Shown piece after piece: positions 1 to 13,119 of a stretch of DNA of 64,000 nt. The stretch's first letter is position 1; the number at the start of each line of letters is the position of its first letter. Made by a program: the position numbers and the translations under genes. This DNA comes from Leptogorgia sarmentosa. Taxonomy: Eukaryota. The notes beneath the pieces were generated by a model. That model was given only the letters and a program-made list of their open reading frames with translations. It ran no database searches and was not told the origin of the DNA. Location of the stretch: positions 2,046,001 through 2,110,000 of the forward strand of contig OZ210884.1 of assembly GCA_964658305.1 (NCBI GenBank). The letters are read 5' to 3'.

Positions 1-60
1 AACAAAACACAACACAACAAAGCACAACACAACACAACAAAACACAGCACATCACAACAC
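1..60. repeat. Degenerate pentanucleotide microsatellite (ACACA/ACAAA-type)
   Basis: aacaaaacacaacacaacaaagcacaacac...; a similar tract on the opposite strand at about 50915-50968. Confidence 0.8.
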
Positions 61-758
61 GACTGAAAGACTTCTTTTTCTCTTGCAAACGCACAAATTC
101 CACTCAAATTCCGCTTTATATGATAAAGAAGCCTTATGAATTCTCTCTGACATGAATGACTTTTTCCTCATGCTCTGAATATTCCACAATATTTTTCTTC
201 CATGAGCATGGGAATTTTAATAGCTTTTTAATCAAAAGAGTCTGGGAACGAGGAAATTTTCTTGTTGAATCGGATAAAATCAATGTTTTGGTATCAGTGT
301 TTGAAAAGTTATGATTGGTGGCTCGCTAATAGGCCTTGCATCCCAATTAAACAACAGCAAGAAATTATTTTTTTTCAAGACGTGTTTGACGTTAAAACGA
401 GGTCAGTTTACAAAATGAAGTTAATATTCATAATTATTATCATTAATAGGTAACGAAAGTGTTCCTATACATAGGAAGAATTCCGCATGTGACACTGAAA
501 ATAAAGGCTAGAAAAATATATATTAATTAACCCGATATTTTTTCCCAAATATCGCAACGGATTCCAAATGAGAAAAAAATTCTTGTTTGGCGCTGCAAGC
601 ACACTCTCTACCAAGTCTATTAGTCTATGTAAAGTAAATAAAAGGAATAAATTTTCCGATGTATTTGCCGGAAGGCAAAAAAAAGTGGATAAATATAAAA
701 AGTTATAGAAGAATATCAATTTCATCTTCAACAATAAGTTATACACCCTAGCTAAACG

Positions 759-1166
759 CAGGTCCGTTACTAAGTGGGGTATTGGCGGGTGCAGCACCCC
801 GCAAACATTTTGAAAATCGTGCTATTTGGAAAATTACCAATCCTACAGTATTCGGAAAATATGGAGGCAAACATTTTCTGAAAGATTACACATGTTGTAA
901 GTTGTCAGAAATTGTGCACTCTTGCAGCTAGATTAGGTCGACTTGTGGCATGTCTATCTTGTAGCAAATATCTTTCGGTCAAATTCATTACGTAGATGCT
1001 ATGCTTAGTATAACTTACGCGTGCGCACTTACTCTTCTATATTTGTTTAATAAATATAGTTGGTAAAATTATGTGATACTATTGCGATTGCGTGATTAGA
1101 ACAGGGAAAATTATTAAAAAAGTAGGGTCCCCCCCCCCCAATACCTATATGCTAGTTACCGACCTG
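759..1166. mobile_element. Non-autonomous hAT-like MITE
   Basis: Imperfect 14-bp TIRs caggtccgttacta / tagttaccgacctg; 8-bp flanks gctaaacg / cctaaacg (7/8 match), consistent with a TSD. Confidence 0.65.
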
Positions 1167-2480
1167 CCTAAACGATGCATTAAGATTTGCCACTTGGAGT
1201 AATGCGCAATGGGACGCAGGCTACACGTATAGGGCTTGCTCTAAATGCTAAATTTCATTCGCTATACGTGAAGTAACAGCACAGCCAACTGGCATGAACC
1301 CATCCATTTTCTTGCTCAAATCATTTCACCCCTGACATTGATGTCGGCAACTACATTTTGGAGCTCTGCCAAACGAATTCCTTATGAATAAGTTCAATTG
1401 TTTTACAATCAATTTTCTTTTCAATATATTTCAAATTTGAATTACCGCGATAATTTGGATATAGCTACACTCGCCGCGCCAATGAAAGCTACAATTACGA
1501 CTCATGCAGAACACGAGCATGTCTCAACCAACACTTTCTATACACAGTCAAACCAAAGGCATTTTGAGAGACCAGAGACATAACTTTTCGAAAGTAAACC
1601 TTGCGTTGAGAATTCAATTTCTTGAATATATTTATTAAGAAGCTATACAATTAATTGCAAAAGTGCATTCGAATTAGTAAGAACATCATGGAAACAAATA
1701 TAGTGCCTGCAACACTTGCTGTTCATGCACTGTTCGGGATTTATTAGGTGCAGACCAAAAAATAACTATCAATCTAACGATCAAATACCTTTAGAAAAAG
1801 AAAGTATAACAAATACAATTAGATGGTGAGTATATATAGTGCAAAAATAGGCTTGTTATATTGCCTAGAGTACAATTAGAAATCTTGCTTGCTTCTTCCT
1901 TCTTCCTTCTCGCGAAATCGAAGTTGAAAAATTTTGGTGAAGAAGTTCAATTTTTACTATATCGCCGGTCATCTATAAACATCTTTGCCATTAACTCTTT
2001 GTAGGTTTGCATGGTGATAATAATATTCATCAAGTTTTTAGTTTACACCATGCAATTTTATTATCGCACAATTTTAACGTGCGATGATAAATTTCAAACT
2101 TTATAAATATTCTTTGTCATTTCTGAAGAAAAAAAGGGGCCAGTTGTTCAAACGTCGGTTAGCAAAACCTTGAATTTTCCAGCGGTTTCCTTATAATATT
2201 CCTTCAAACATTATTCCTTCACATAGTAGTATTGGTTTGTGATGTTTTCAAATAGGCAACCGTGTAGAAATACAGAAACTAAAACAGTGGGTTAAATTTT
2301 AACCCTGGGTTACCGCTGACCAAGCTTTGAACAATCGCCTCCTTAAGAAGTTTCTGTAATTGTAATTTTGGGTTATATAAAAAAAATCGAACTGTGCACG
2401 GAATTTAATTATCAAGCTATATAGAAGAGGCAAGCGGGAGATTTCTTATTGTAAAAAAAAAACGGACAGTACAGAGAATT

Positions 2481-3675
2481 CTATTTGCCGCGTGACCTCC
2501 TCACTGTGATACGCCCCTTCTGATTACGATTGCTGAAGTTGTTATTTCTTGAGCACATGTAGAAATAGCTGCCAGGTTGAAAGCTCAATAGCATGCCACG
2601 ATACGATGCTGGGGCGTTGTTTAACTCAGTATTAAGTGCTGGCTTCTTTTTGCTCAAGCTGGAAACACTTTCGTAGTAACCGGCTGAAGCCATACTTATT
2701 GCAAGATCATCATTTGTCTTCGTGTTGCCATTACTTGACCAGATAATTTTGGTGTTTGAGAACAGTGGTGATCCTTCTTTTGAGGTTAAAGGATAATTCA
2801 CAGAGGGACTTTTAGTTTGAACTATGTTGCTGCGATCTGTACCTGCCAACGAAGATAACAGGTATTATTATTTATTTCAAATATTCCTCGTTCGATCCTG
2901 ATTCGCTAACAGCAAATGAGAATTTGTAATATCAATTCAATAGCTAACCAAATATGGATTCTTGTCATGCACATCATCAGCAAACTGACGTGAAAGGGTC
3001 AATATGAAAAACAAATTTGGCCATATCACCAAGTTGAGGAGAACGCATTGACTCACTGACGTCGTTGTAATGAACACGGATGAAAATAATGGACAAATTT
3101 TTGACAAAATAAGAATGCGAAAAAAACGGAAAAATCAAACAATCACAACGAGCAATCATCTTGACATTGAAGTGGAAGAGTTCTTTGAAAAAGAACATCA
3201 GAATTTTTTTCAAGACTAAGGCCTGTTTCAAACGTCGAACTTCAGTCGCGTCGAATGCAATTCAGACAAAGGATAATGAGCTAATAATGAGGCAAGTTAT
3301 CTCATTATCTATTGTTTTAATTGCATTCGACGCGACTAAAGTTCGACGTCTGAAACAGGCCTTTTTTATTATGTTGAAGAATTTATATTAACACGCGGAT
3401 GCTGGTTGTTCGTAGCCCGTTTAGCTTAAACGTTGGATAAGACCAGAATATCGGATTCGGTTGGTAACGACAACTTCAGGCTTGATAATTCTTCATGTCG
3501 TGCGGAAGCTAATTCAATATTGGTAAACTATATTAATGCAAGTACCTAAAAGGTTGAAGATAACTCATGGACGTTTCCACTGCTTCAAACGTGCAACTTG
3601 TAAATTTTCATCAATTCCGTTTAAGCCTACCTGCAGTCCCTTGTCCGTCGTTGCCTTTTGGATTGTGGTTCGATC
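2481..3675 (-). CDS. Duplicated terminal exons of the DD3-3-like gene (3631-3675 and 2481-2842); alternative 3' exons or orphan pseudo-exons
   Basis: Open frames [24 protein letters not shown]...[20 protein letters not shown]; intact AG/GT sites and the same phases as 22901-22945 and 21899-22260. No upstream exons are in this copy. Confidence 0.6.
3218..3363. mobile_element. Short palindromic MITE (relative at 9271-9408)
   Basis: aaggcctgtttcaaacgtcgaact...agttcgacgtctgaaacaggcctt foldback; absent from duplication copy B. Confidence 0.75.
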
Positions 3676-4485
3676 CTGAAAAGTGAGTGATTGTTAGTTT
3701 CAGTATTGTTTTTATATCAATACTCCGACCACTGTATATTGTATTCAGTTTTTTTTATATATGTTTGTTATAAAACAATTCTTCCAAACCACAATAGCAA
3801 AAGGCTACGTTACAGTATTATAACCATTTTGAATGTTTGGTAGCAACTAGAGTATAGTTTGAAGAATTCGAAAGATTTTCAATTTCCATACTTTCCTTGC
3901 AATATTTATCGAAAATACTTATTAATTATAAGTATAAATTTTCAAGCGACTATAACATTTCCTGCAATCTGATTGGTTAAAATTTACAGTCTCTGGTATT
4001 ATAGTCACTGGGCAGTGACTATAAAGATTTTTCATAATTAAAATTCAATATGGCCCTCGGTTTTGCTGAAGTTTTGCCGGAGGAAATTGACAAAATTAAA
4101 CAAGAAAGCATCCCCAAGAAAGTTAAACAAGTGACAAAATATGGTTTAAAAATCTTTCAAAGTAAAATATATTATTTAGTGTTATTTTTATGCAACAAAG
4201 CTGGCTTTTTTCACTAGCAAAGTGGTGATATGAGCGTGAATTATTTTACGTAGACAAACTATTGAATTTTACTTAACAGACAGTTTGAATCAATTCAGTT
4301 TGACCTGGGAATTTATACTATAACTATTAGTCGCCGAAAGCGAGGTCATTACAAGCTCATAGTCACCAAGGCGCGATGTCAAATATTTGTGAACTTTATG
4401 TGAAATAGAACAGTGTATCTACGCATGACGTCAACGCGCTTGCATAGTAGCTAAACTAATTAACAATTAGACAACGGAGCCGAGT

Positions 4486-4934
4486 CAGTGGCGTAACGCA
4501 ACCTCTGGGGGCCCCCCGACAGTCGACCACTTTGGAGCCCCCTTTGCTCCACTAATTAATAGGCTAAATTTACCTCTTATGTCTACACAACGGCAAACCA
4601 CACTACAAACCGTTAATTCAGCAAAATTGCAAAAATAGTACGAAATGCGCAAAATGCGCAATACTTTAGTTATCGGCGTCGGAAGGCGTATGATAACTTA
4701 GACTTTTCACTTAGACTTTGTAGCGTGCGTAGTATTTTTCTTTTTGCAAAATAATAACATAATCACACATTAATAGGCAACTCCACCGGCACCTAGCTGC
4801 CTATCTGTCTTTTTTTCGTATTTGAATTCCCCAGAAATGTGCTATCAATTTTTTATGTTCATTTTGTCGGGGACCCATAAAGTTCGGGGGCCCCCTGCCA
4901 CTGGACACCCTGACACGCCTCCGTTACGCCACTG
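4486..4934 (+). mobile_element. hAT-like MITE, about 450 bp (copies at 23708-24157 and inverted at 51289-51785)
   Basis: 13-bp TIR cagtggcgtaacg / cgttacgccactg; 8-bp TSD agccgagt / agccaagt. Confidence 0.9.
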
Positions 4935-7900
4935 AGCCAAGTTGTCTAAATGGACGAAGTCCGAGTTGACTATTCGCTCATACATAACGAGACCGAGTTG
5001 TCTAATTGTTTTTCAATACACTTTATGCCCAGAATTGTTTATTTCAAGAAAATTCGTCAGAAACCTCAGCAAAACGCGAGTTTTCTGCAGTGGCAATATG
5101 GTTTTCCTTTGCTTTTTCGCGAACCGTTGTCTATCACGGAATAGACAACGGCTGAGTAGCCTATCAAAATGTAGCATTTGTATAGACTGTATTCTAATTG
5201 CCAATAAACACGGGCGTTGGCAGCGATCAGTTATTTTCAGTGAGGTTGTTCTAAATTTGAAGAGCTAAAGTAGGGTGCATGACCATTATTCAAAATTCTA
5301 GTTGATATCAGTATGAAAACATGTTGAGATAATCGATTAGCTAATAAGAGAAAGTGGCGTTCGCAAAATACTGGATTATTTGTCCAGTTGTTATTACACA
5401 GTTGTTGCATGTTCTTTGGGGCAGCAACACTCCGATATCTGGCTTTGGCTTATCAATATAACTTCTTAAAATGCTTAAAAAGCATTTTAGATACCTCAGA
5501 AATAAAACAAAATTCCAAGGTTATGCCCCCGAAATGCCCTGGAAATATTATAACGATTTCCATGGCCACCGTATCCCCTTCCCCAGTTTCAACAACCTTG
5601 CGACTCCCCTAGCAATAGATTTGATAAACATAATATTTGCCATGATAAATATTAAGTATCTCAAGGCACAAAGCAATAAAAAATAAACATGTAAGCTCAA
5701 GGCGAGAAACCTGTTTTCGTGAGGGCAACAATCATTTACTTATTGCTTACTTATTTCCCCCGTGGGAGCAAGGCATTGCGTTTAATTAGAATCTGGTGAC
5801 CGAAAATTAACCAGTAACAATTACCATTATTTAATAGCTATATAACCATGATGTTATACCACAGCACACGCATAATCCGCGGTAAATCCGCTAAGTTAGA
5901 AACAAAAGCTAGCAAATATGGTGGGAGTCGGATGAAGTTTTTGAGGAAATTCAAAGTACAGTATTTTGGAAATGCGTAAAATTGCCACGAAAACTGCTGT
6001 ACGAAAACTGTCAATTATTGAATTTTTTATAGAATATCATGAGTTAACATTCTTAATTAATGTAGGTGTAATTTTAGCTTTTCATTATACTTTATAATAA
6101 TTATGCTACATTTTAAGTTTTGGCTGTAAATAATTTTTTATATGCATTAACCCGAAATAAAGACAAACACCATTGATCCTGGATAACATTTTGCTGAATC
6201 CCCAAAGGGGAGGGTCTATCAATGATATATTATACCGAACAATCTGCTATCCAAATATAGCACTACATACTATATAATTGCATTTTTTGTTGCTTTTGTT
6301 TTTTTTTGTTTCGCATGTTTGATGTCTAATATTCGTTGAATTTCCTCGTTAAAAATAGCACTACATACCCGTAGCATTTTTTTCTGCCGTTCGATATTGC
6401 CATTCCAGACATATACATGCATTAATTGTTTTTGAATTTGGAACGTGAGCTCGGTAAATTAAGACGTAAGGCGTAATAATTATCGTGGTTTCATGCCCAC
6501 GTGGCACAAACTGGGCTTTCTCATTGCACAATTTGAAATTGAGATAATATAATAATAATAATAATAATAATAATATTCCATGTCAATTGGAATATTATCC
6601 TTAAAATCAGCAGAATATGAAGGGCATCGGTATATTTAATAACAAACAAATTAACACATATTCACAGGGGCATGTGATTCAGAACACATAATCACAGGAG
6701 ACTATAGTATCCTGACTTGGTTTTATTAAAAAAGCAATATTAATATTAATGCATGTCCACTTTATTTAGAATACAATGCATCACAAAGAATTTACTTGAA
6801 TTGAAAATTGTATACCCACTATCATTATTTCTTCTTTTGAAAGCATCTGAGTTTAAGAAATTTAGCTTATGATAACGTTTTAATCTTGTTAATAAGATTG
6901 TCTGAGCAAGATGCGTAATTTGTTGTTGTTTTATGTTGAACAATTGCATGCTGTATGCTCAGACGATCCTCGTTTTATTATTCTCGAGTTTGTATAATAA
7001 ATTTGCTATACAGTGTATGCAGAAAATTAAACGCAATTGTGTATTGAAAATGATCTATTATTATAATTATCATAATTTCAATGGCATAACACTATTGCCG
7101 AATTGCGCTTTACGAAGATATTTTATACACTGCTAGATATTGAAATGATCACAATAGATCATACATGTGCATATTGCACAGTTGTGTAATTTTTGTACAC
7201 CGTGTAGTATTGAAATTTCACAAGTAGTTACAAAGAAGATTGTTTACAATATATAAATACCGTTTTTCGTTTCGATGCGAAAGTCTTAGCAATTAAGTAA
7301 CTCTGCTTCTGATAACTTAGATATTATTCGAGGATAATGGATGCAGGCCATTAGATTTGCTCCTGATTAACGACACTTCTAAACGATCTCTTTGCAAACA
7401 AAGGAGGGATCAAGTGGCTCTTATGATACTTGGATCCTGCCAAATGCTCTCAGTTTGGAGGCGGGGATGTACGTGCAGGATATACAAAGAGTCTTTTCTT
7501 AACAATAACCCGTAATGATAACATACTGTAGCGTTCGCAAGCGACAAAAATGCCATTCCAGACATATATGTATATGTTATGCATATTAATTGTTTTTGAA
7601 TTTGAAAGAGTTGAGTTTTTTTCTGATACACCCTGGATACGATTAAAATTATTATCAAAGTTTATGACACCATGCAGATGATAGCTATTATATTCTATTA
7701 GAGTTACTCCACGAGATTGCATATTTTAAACGATCCAAAAGTAATCATTCAAGGAAAAGATTCAGAACGCCATGTATCGAATTCTAAACACGTTTAACGG
7801 ATCATTAATGTTTAAAGACATCAACACTGAATCATAAATGTGTGTTATAAGCCTCTCTATACCAACCGGAAAAAAAGCTATTTTCGCCTAAGCGAACATT

Positions 7901-8268
7901 TTCGCGCGAAAAGGGAAACAGGCAACCTGATTTGCTGGTGACAGGACTGACAAGTACACCATCTAATCACATTCGCGTTTTCGATTCGCTATCCGCACGA
8001 ATGATCTAATCGCCTTTTAGAAAACGGACTTAGTGTTTACAAAGCAACAGTTCCCAAACAAGTTAAGAACGTTAAGTAGTTCAATGTTCATGCATATTTC
8101 CAGGCACTTACCCGTTCAGAATTTTCAATACAATATATGCTCTAGGTTTTCCAAATTTCCGTAGTTTTGGCCCTGTCGACCTCCAAGCGTAAAGACTCGA
8201 TGCCAAGTGAGGAATAGCGATATTATCTAAATGTTTAAGTTGACACAATTCTATATGGCTTTGTTCAA

Positions 8269-9023
8269 ATTCTGAATAAAATATAATAAAAGGTACGTGA
8301 TTGTGCAAAAAAGTATCGTGGGAGGAGTTAGTTCATAGGTGTGCCGAAGAAAGCCAATCAGTAAACGAACACATTTAATTTAAAGATAAAGTTTGCTAAA
8401 GTTCAAAAATCCCACGCGTTTGCCTGGCAGTTGCAAAAATCTCCGAATTTATTTGAATACTTAGAAACTTACTTGAGACATTAATTCCTTTAAAATGTTT
8501 AATGTTTTGAAATTAATATGGTTGCTAGAAAACGTTCCACCAAATAAGCGAAAAAGTTCAGAATTTGCAAAATAATTATTTGTTATGAACACCAATCAAG
8601 CATGCATGCGTTAATGGAATGTACTAGGTACAACAAATGAGTGATTCGAACACTGGGAAACTAGCATATAGTGTCAAGAAATTGCGATAATTGTTGAACA
8701 CAGACTACATAGAGACATTTTTGGTTTAAATATTGGCCCTATAGGAACAAAATGTATCTAACTCCCATACAAATGCCTTAGAGTAAACTGAGCAAAACGG
8801 AGACAATAAAACAAAAAGAGATAAAGATATCGTGGAGATAATCATCGAGGCTATAGAAACTATAAATGGCCAATTTTGGCATTTCAATCAACTTACACTA
8901 CAGGGTGTGTTTGGAATGTAGACTCTTTGAAATTCAAATGAAAAGAAAATTTTGGGTAGCTTTTGTAAAGTTCTAAGTGCAACTGTCAGGTCATTTGGAC
9001 AACCTAGGAGGTTCATTCAATCC
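8269..9023 (+). repeat. Dispersed copy of the region upstream of the decarboxylase gene (16517-16812), split by about 465 bp of extra sequence
   Basis: 8269-8390 matches 16517-16639; 8855-9023 matches 16643-16812. Confidence 0.85.
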
Positions 9024-9270
9024 TCGTTTTCTTTTAAATCTCACTGGTTAACGAGAGTTAAGTTTTCGTTGTGATAACATTAAGTGATTTCGATCAATTG
9101 CTGACATCTTTTGAACTTATGATTGTCATTGCCAGCAATTGAAAAAAAAATGACTCTGTTTATTAGCATTGTTCCATAAATGAAATGTCATTTCTCTGGG
9201 TGTGAAGATTTTAAAAATTATGTTTTGTAATACATTAGATATTAGCGTTTCCACTTGATACAGAGAATAT

Positions 9271-9408
9271 TAGGCCGGCTTCATATGTCGAATTTTGGTC
9301 GCATCGAATGCAATTCAAACAATAAATATAATGAAGTTGGTCATCTCATTATACATTGTTTGAATTGTCATTCGACGCGACGAAAATTCGACGTCCAAAA
9401 CGGGCCTT
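9271..9408. mobile_element. Short palindromic MITE, family of 3218-3363
   Basis: aggcc...gtcgaattttggtcgcatcgaatgcaattcaaacaat / attgtttgaattgtcattcgacgcgacgaaaattcgac...ggcct foldback. Confidence 0.7.
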
Positions 9409-10079
9409 AAAATAAATTATTTACCATTGTACCGTAAGTTAAAATTCCGTTCTCTAAGGAGAACTTTCCAAAAGCTTAGCTTGCTACTACGTAACGATTC
9501 ATAACCTCTTTGTAATTCTATTATTACTGAACTAAACCGGCGCGATTTGAAACGATACAAGAATAATTAATTCTATTCGAGTTGTAACTGCATGTTCATG
9601 GCATCTTATGAAAAGGGATATATATATATCATGGCATCTTATGAAAAGGTATATATATATATATATATTTATATGTTTCGGACAGGCGAACACGAGAAGC
9701 TGAGACGCTAATTATGTTATTCTGTTAATTTATGTGAATGATTTATGCATGTTGATTTATATACTTGATTTGATTACCCGCTGATTCTGATTGATTTGCA
9801 TGCCGTAATTTGATATAGGAATAATAGTTGTCTTTGCGCAAAAGGCGTCAATAACAAATGTGCTCGGGCGTTAGATTGATTCGAACAGTTCGATAGTTTC
9901 AAGCTGTAGAGATCCACTCTTCAGGTAATTACTGATAACGCTCACATGTAATCGATTTATACTTATATGTTCTAATCAAACAGCAAAGTGTCTCATGAAT
10001 CTCAATCACCTTTATAGAATGTATTAAATAATTTATTACTGAAAAATCTCTATGGTTTGAGTGTGGTTTCATTCATTGG

Positions 10080-10084
<5 letters not shown>

Positions 10085-10145
<61 letters not shown>
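10085..10145. repeat. (TA)n microsatellite, left flank of the PLE insertion
   Basis: About 30 TA units directly abutting the element. Confidence 0.97.
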
Positions 10146-10148
<3 letters not shown>

Positions 10149-10168
10149 TAGTTTTGCCTCAAAAAGGT

Positions 10169-10210
10169 GCCACTACAGCCTGTTTCATCCAAAAGGAATC
10201 ATCAGATGGC
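10169..10210 (-). ncRNA. Minimal type I hammerhead ribozyme (inverted PLE copy)
   Basis: Exact reverse complement of 13120-13161. Confidence 0.85.
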
Positions 10211-10272
10211 TGACTAATTTCGAAAAGTTTGCTGCTTATAAGTGTTTTGAGTCTGAAGCGTGGGCATGGGCG

Positions 10273-12085
10273 TCAAACAATGCATGCATTCCTTGATTTC
10301 CTTCCATTGTTTAGGTTGTTTACTAGGTATTTCTTTTTATGGTTACATGTCGAAACTATTTCCGATTTTTTGTTTAGTAAATTTTGTTTGTTTTTATCTT
10401 TCAAAATACAGAGCTTTTCTTCTAAACATAAATTGCATCTTTTTGTTCCTCCCGTATACGAAATACAATGCTTAATTATAGACCAAGTAATGTTGAAATC
10501 TTTGTTATTATCTTTTAGTCCCCAAATATATTTCGAAAGTTCTGTTTCGTTTGAGTACCTTTTGTGGTTAAATGATTTAATATGGTTTCTATATCGCTCT
10601 TTAAATGTACTTGCCGTCATGCCTATGTAATGTTTTGTGCTGTTTGTGCAGGTGACAGTGGCCTTGTAAACTATGTCTTTGGTCATGCATTTTTCCTGAA
10701 GTGGGCATGTGTTCTTGTCTCTACAAGTGCATAGGTCAGTGGCCTCGCACTGTGGCTTACTTTTCCTAATCATACGTGTGTTGTGCCTTGAAATTATAGA
10801 TTTGACATTGTTCATGCAACTGTAACTCACCTTGACTGTGTTCCTATTAAAAATCTTGTGTAGCTTGTGGTGAGGTGGAAAATGTATGTCTAATAAGCCC
10901 AGGAAATCACGTGCGATGTGTGTCTTGACACTCTTGCTGAAAGGGGGATTGAACCAAATGATGTTGCGTTGCCTATTTCTGCGTGTTTGTGGTGCTTGAT
11001 TCATGTATTCAAGCTTGTGGTCGAAATTGCTGTGCCTTAGTGCGTTTTGGTAAGCAGGAGCACTTTCATGGAATGTGTGCTCATCTGATGAGAGTGTCGA
11101 AATGCGCTTGTTGATCGATGTGGGTAGTTGTCTTATGATGCTTGGTGGGTGGTTGGAATGTTTGTTTATGTATAGTGGATCGTCATTAGGCTTTCTATAG
11201 GGCTTAAATTTTCCATTGTTAAGATCGAAAGTGGCATCTAAGAAATTTACTACATGCAAATTTGCCTCAGCTGTTATTTTTAAACCAAAATTGTCGAAAC
11301 ATTTATGGAGTTCTTTCCTGGTTTTATCTGCCAAACGTGCTGATTTGTTTTTCATGATAGCCAATCCGTCATCTCTGTATAAACCGATGTTTTCTTTGCC
11401 AAATTTTTCCCCTAGATCGTTTAATATGAAAAGGCCTACAAGTTCACAAATTTCAGCTCCGTCGTAACTACCCATGGTTACGTCAAATAAGCTGTTGCTG
11501 TCTTTTTTTATCCAAGGTTTTCCGTCATTGAAAAGCAGTGATTTCCTAGCGTGTTTTATTATTGAAATGTCATCCTTTGATATGTGAGCCAAATTGGAAG
11601 CCCAAGATAATGCTTGGTCCAGTAAATTTTCTGATATCGATGGGTAGAAATCCACTATGTCAAACGAAATGAAAGTGTGCCTATGTTTTTCTTTGATGTT
11701 GCCAAACCACTCTATAACGTTTTGGGTGTTTTGCCATTGGTTTAGGTTCAAAATTTTCCTCAAATTGGGATTGATTTTGTCAAGGATGATCTTACTTAGT
11801 TTTCCAGATTCGCTTTTTGCGGGATTGATTAGTCGGCATTTTGGGTTGTTTTCGAAATTTTCTTTGTGGTCTTTTAATGAAATAAATGCTTCACGTTTTT
11901 TCATCTGTTCAATCCGGTCGCCAATTCCCAAATTTTTCGAAATGTGTTTTAGTTCGTTGTCGATTTCCGAAATTGTGCCTTCTGATCCGTGTTTGTATGT
12001 TTTTGTGATGTTGTCATGCATGAGCTTGTTATATGCGTCGAGTGATGTTTCATAAATATTTCTAGTTTTGTCAGCGAAAACGAAA
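10273..12085 (-). pseudogene. 5'-truncated inverted copy of the PLE ORF (RT + GIY-YIG, lacking the first ~110 aa)
   Basis: Translation identical to the full ORF from FVFADKTRN onward. The TTG start at 12114 is read from the antisense of the neighbouring copy. Confidence 0.85.
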
Positions 12086-12087
12086 TG

Positions 12088-13057
12088 CTTAGATGCCACT
12101 TTCGATCTTAACAATGGAAAATTTAAGCCCTATAGAAAGCCTAATGACGATCCACTATACATAAACAAACATTCCAACCACCCACCAAGCATCATAAGAC
12201 AACTACCCACATCGATCAACAAGCGCATTTCGACACTCTCATCAGATGAGCACACATTCCATGAAAGTGCTCCTGCTTACCAAAACGCACTAAGGCACAG
12301 CAATTTCGACCACAAGCTTGAATACATGAATCAAGCACCACAAACACGCAGAAATAGGCAACGCAACATCATTTGGTTCAATCCCCCTTTCAGCAAGAGT
12401 GTCAAGACACACATCGCACGTGATTTCCTGGGCTTATTAGACATACATTTTCCACCTCACCACAAGCTACACAAGATTTTTAATAGGAACACAGTCAAGG
12501 TGAGTTACAGTTGCATGAACAATGTCAAATCTATAATTTCAAGGCACAACACACGTATGATTAGGAAAAGTAAGCCACAGTGCGAGGCCACTGACCTATG
12601 CACTTGTAGAGACAAGAACACATGCCCACTTCAGGAAAAATGCATGACCAAAGACATAGTTTACAAGGCCACTGTCACCTGCACAAACAGCACAAAACAT
12701 TACATAGGCATGACGGCAAGTACATTTAAAGAGCGATATAGAAACCATATTAAATCATTTAACCACAAAAGGTACTCAAACGAAACAGAACTTTCGAAAT
12801 ATATTTGGGGACTAAAAGATAATAACAAAGATTTCAACATTACTTGGTCTATAATTAAGCATTGTATTTCGTATACGGGAGGAACAAAAAGATGCAATTT
12901 ATGTTTAGAAGAAAAGCTCTGTATTTTGAAAGATAAAAACAAACAAAATTTACTAAACAAAAAATCGGAAATAGTTTCGACATGTAACCATAAAAAGAAA
13001 TACCTAGTAAACAACCTAAACAATGGAAGGAAATCAAGGAATGCATGCATTGTTTGA
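12088..13057 (+). pseudogene. Partial tandem copy of the PLE ORF 3' half (RT thumb + GIY-YIG)
   Basis: Identical to 14484-15453; lacks RT motifs A-C. Confidence 0.85.
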
Positions 13058-13119
13058 CGCCCATGCCCACGCTTCAGACTCAAAACACTTATAAGCAGCA
13101 AACTTTTCGAAATTAGTCA

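Larger units (their letters stand above)
1663..6133 (+). repeat. Segmental duplication copy A (direct repeat of about 21036-25950) carrying the last two DD3-3-like exons
   Basis: Collinear identity from gtgcatt(c/t)gaattagta to ggctgtaaataa; identical spurious ORFs 5388..5612 = 25204..25428. Confidence 0.95.

Noticed and set aside
12068..12114. Apparent novel N-termini (MLRSKVASKH, MSAKTKC) of the 613-aa and 329-aa ORFs
   Set aside because: TTG starts created by reading across the inversion junction; not real gene starts.
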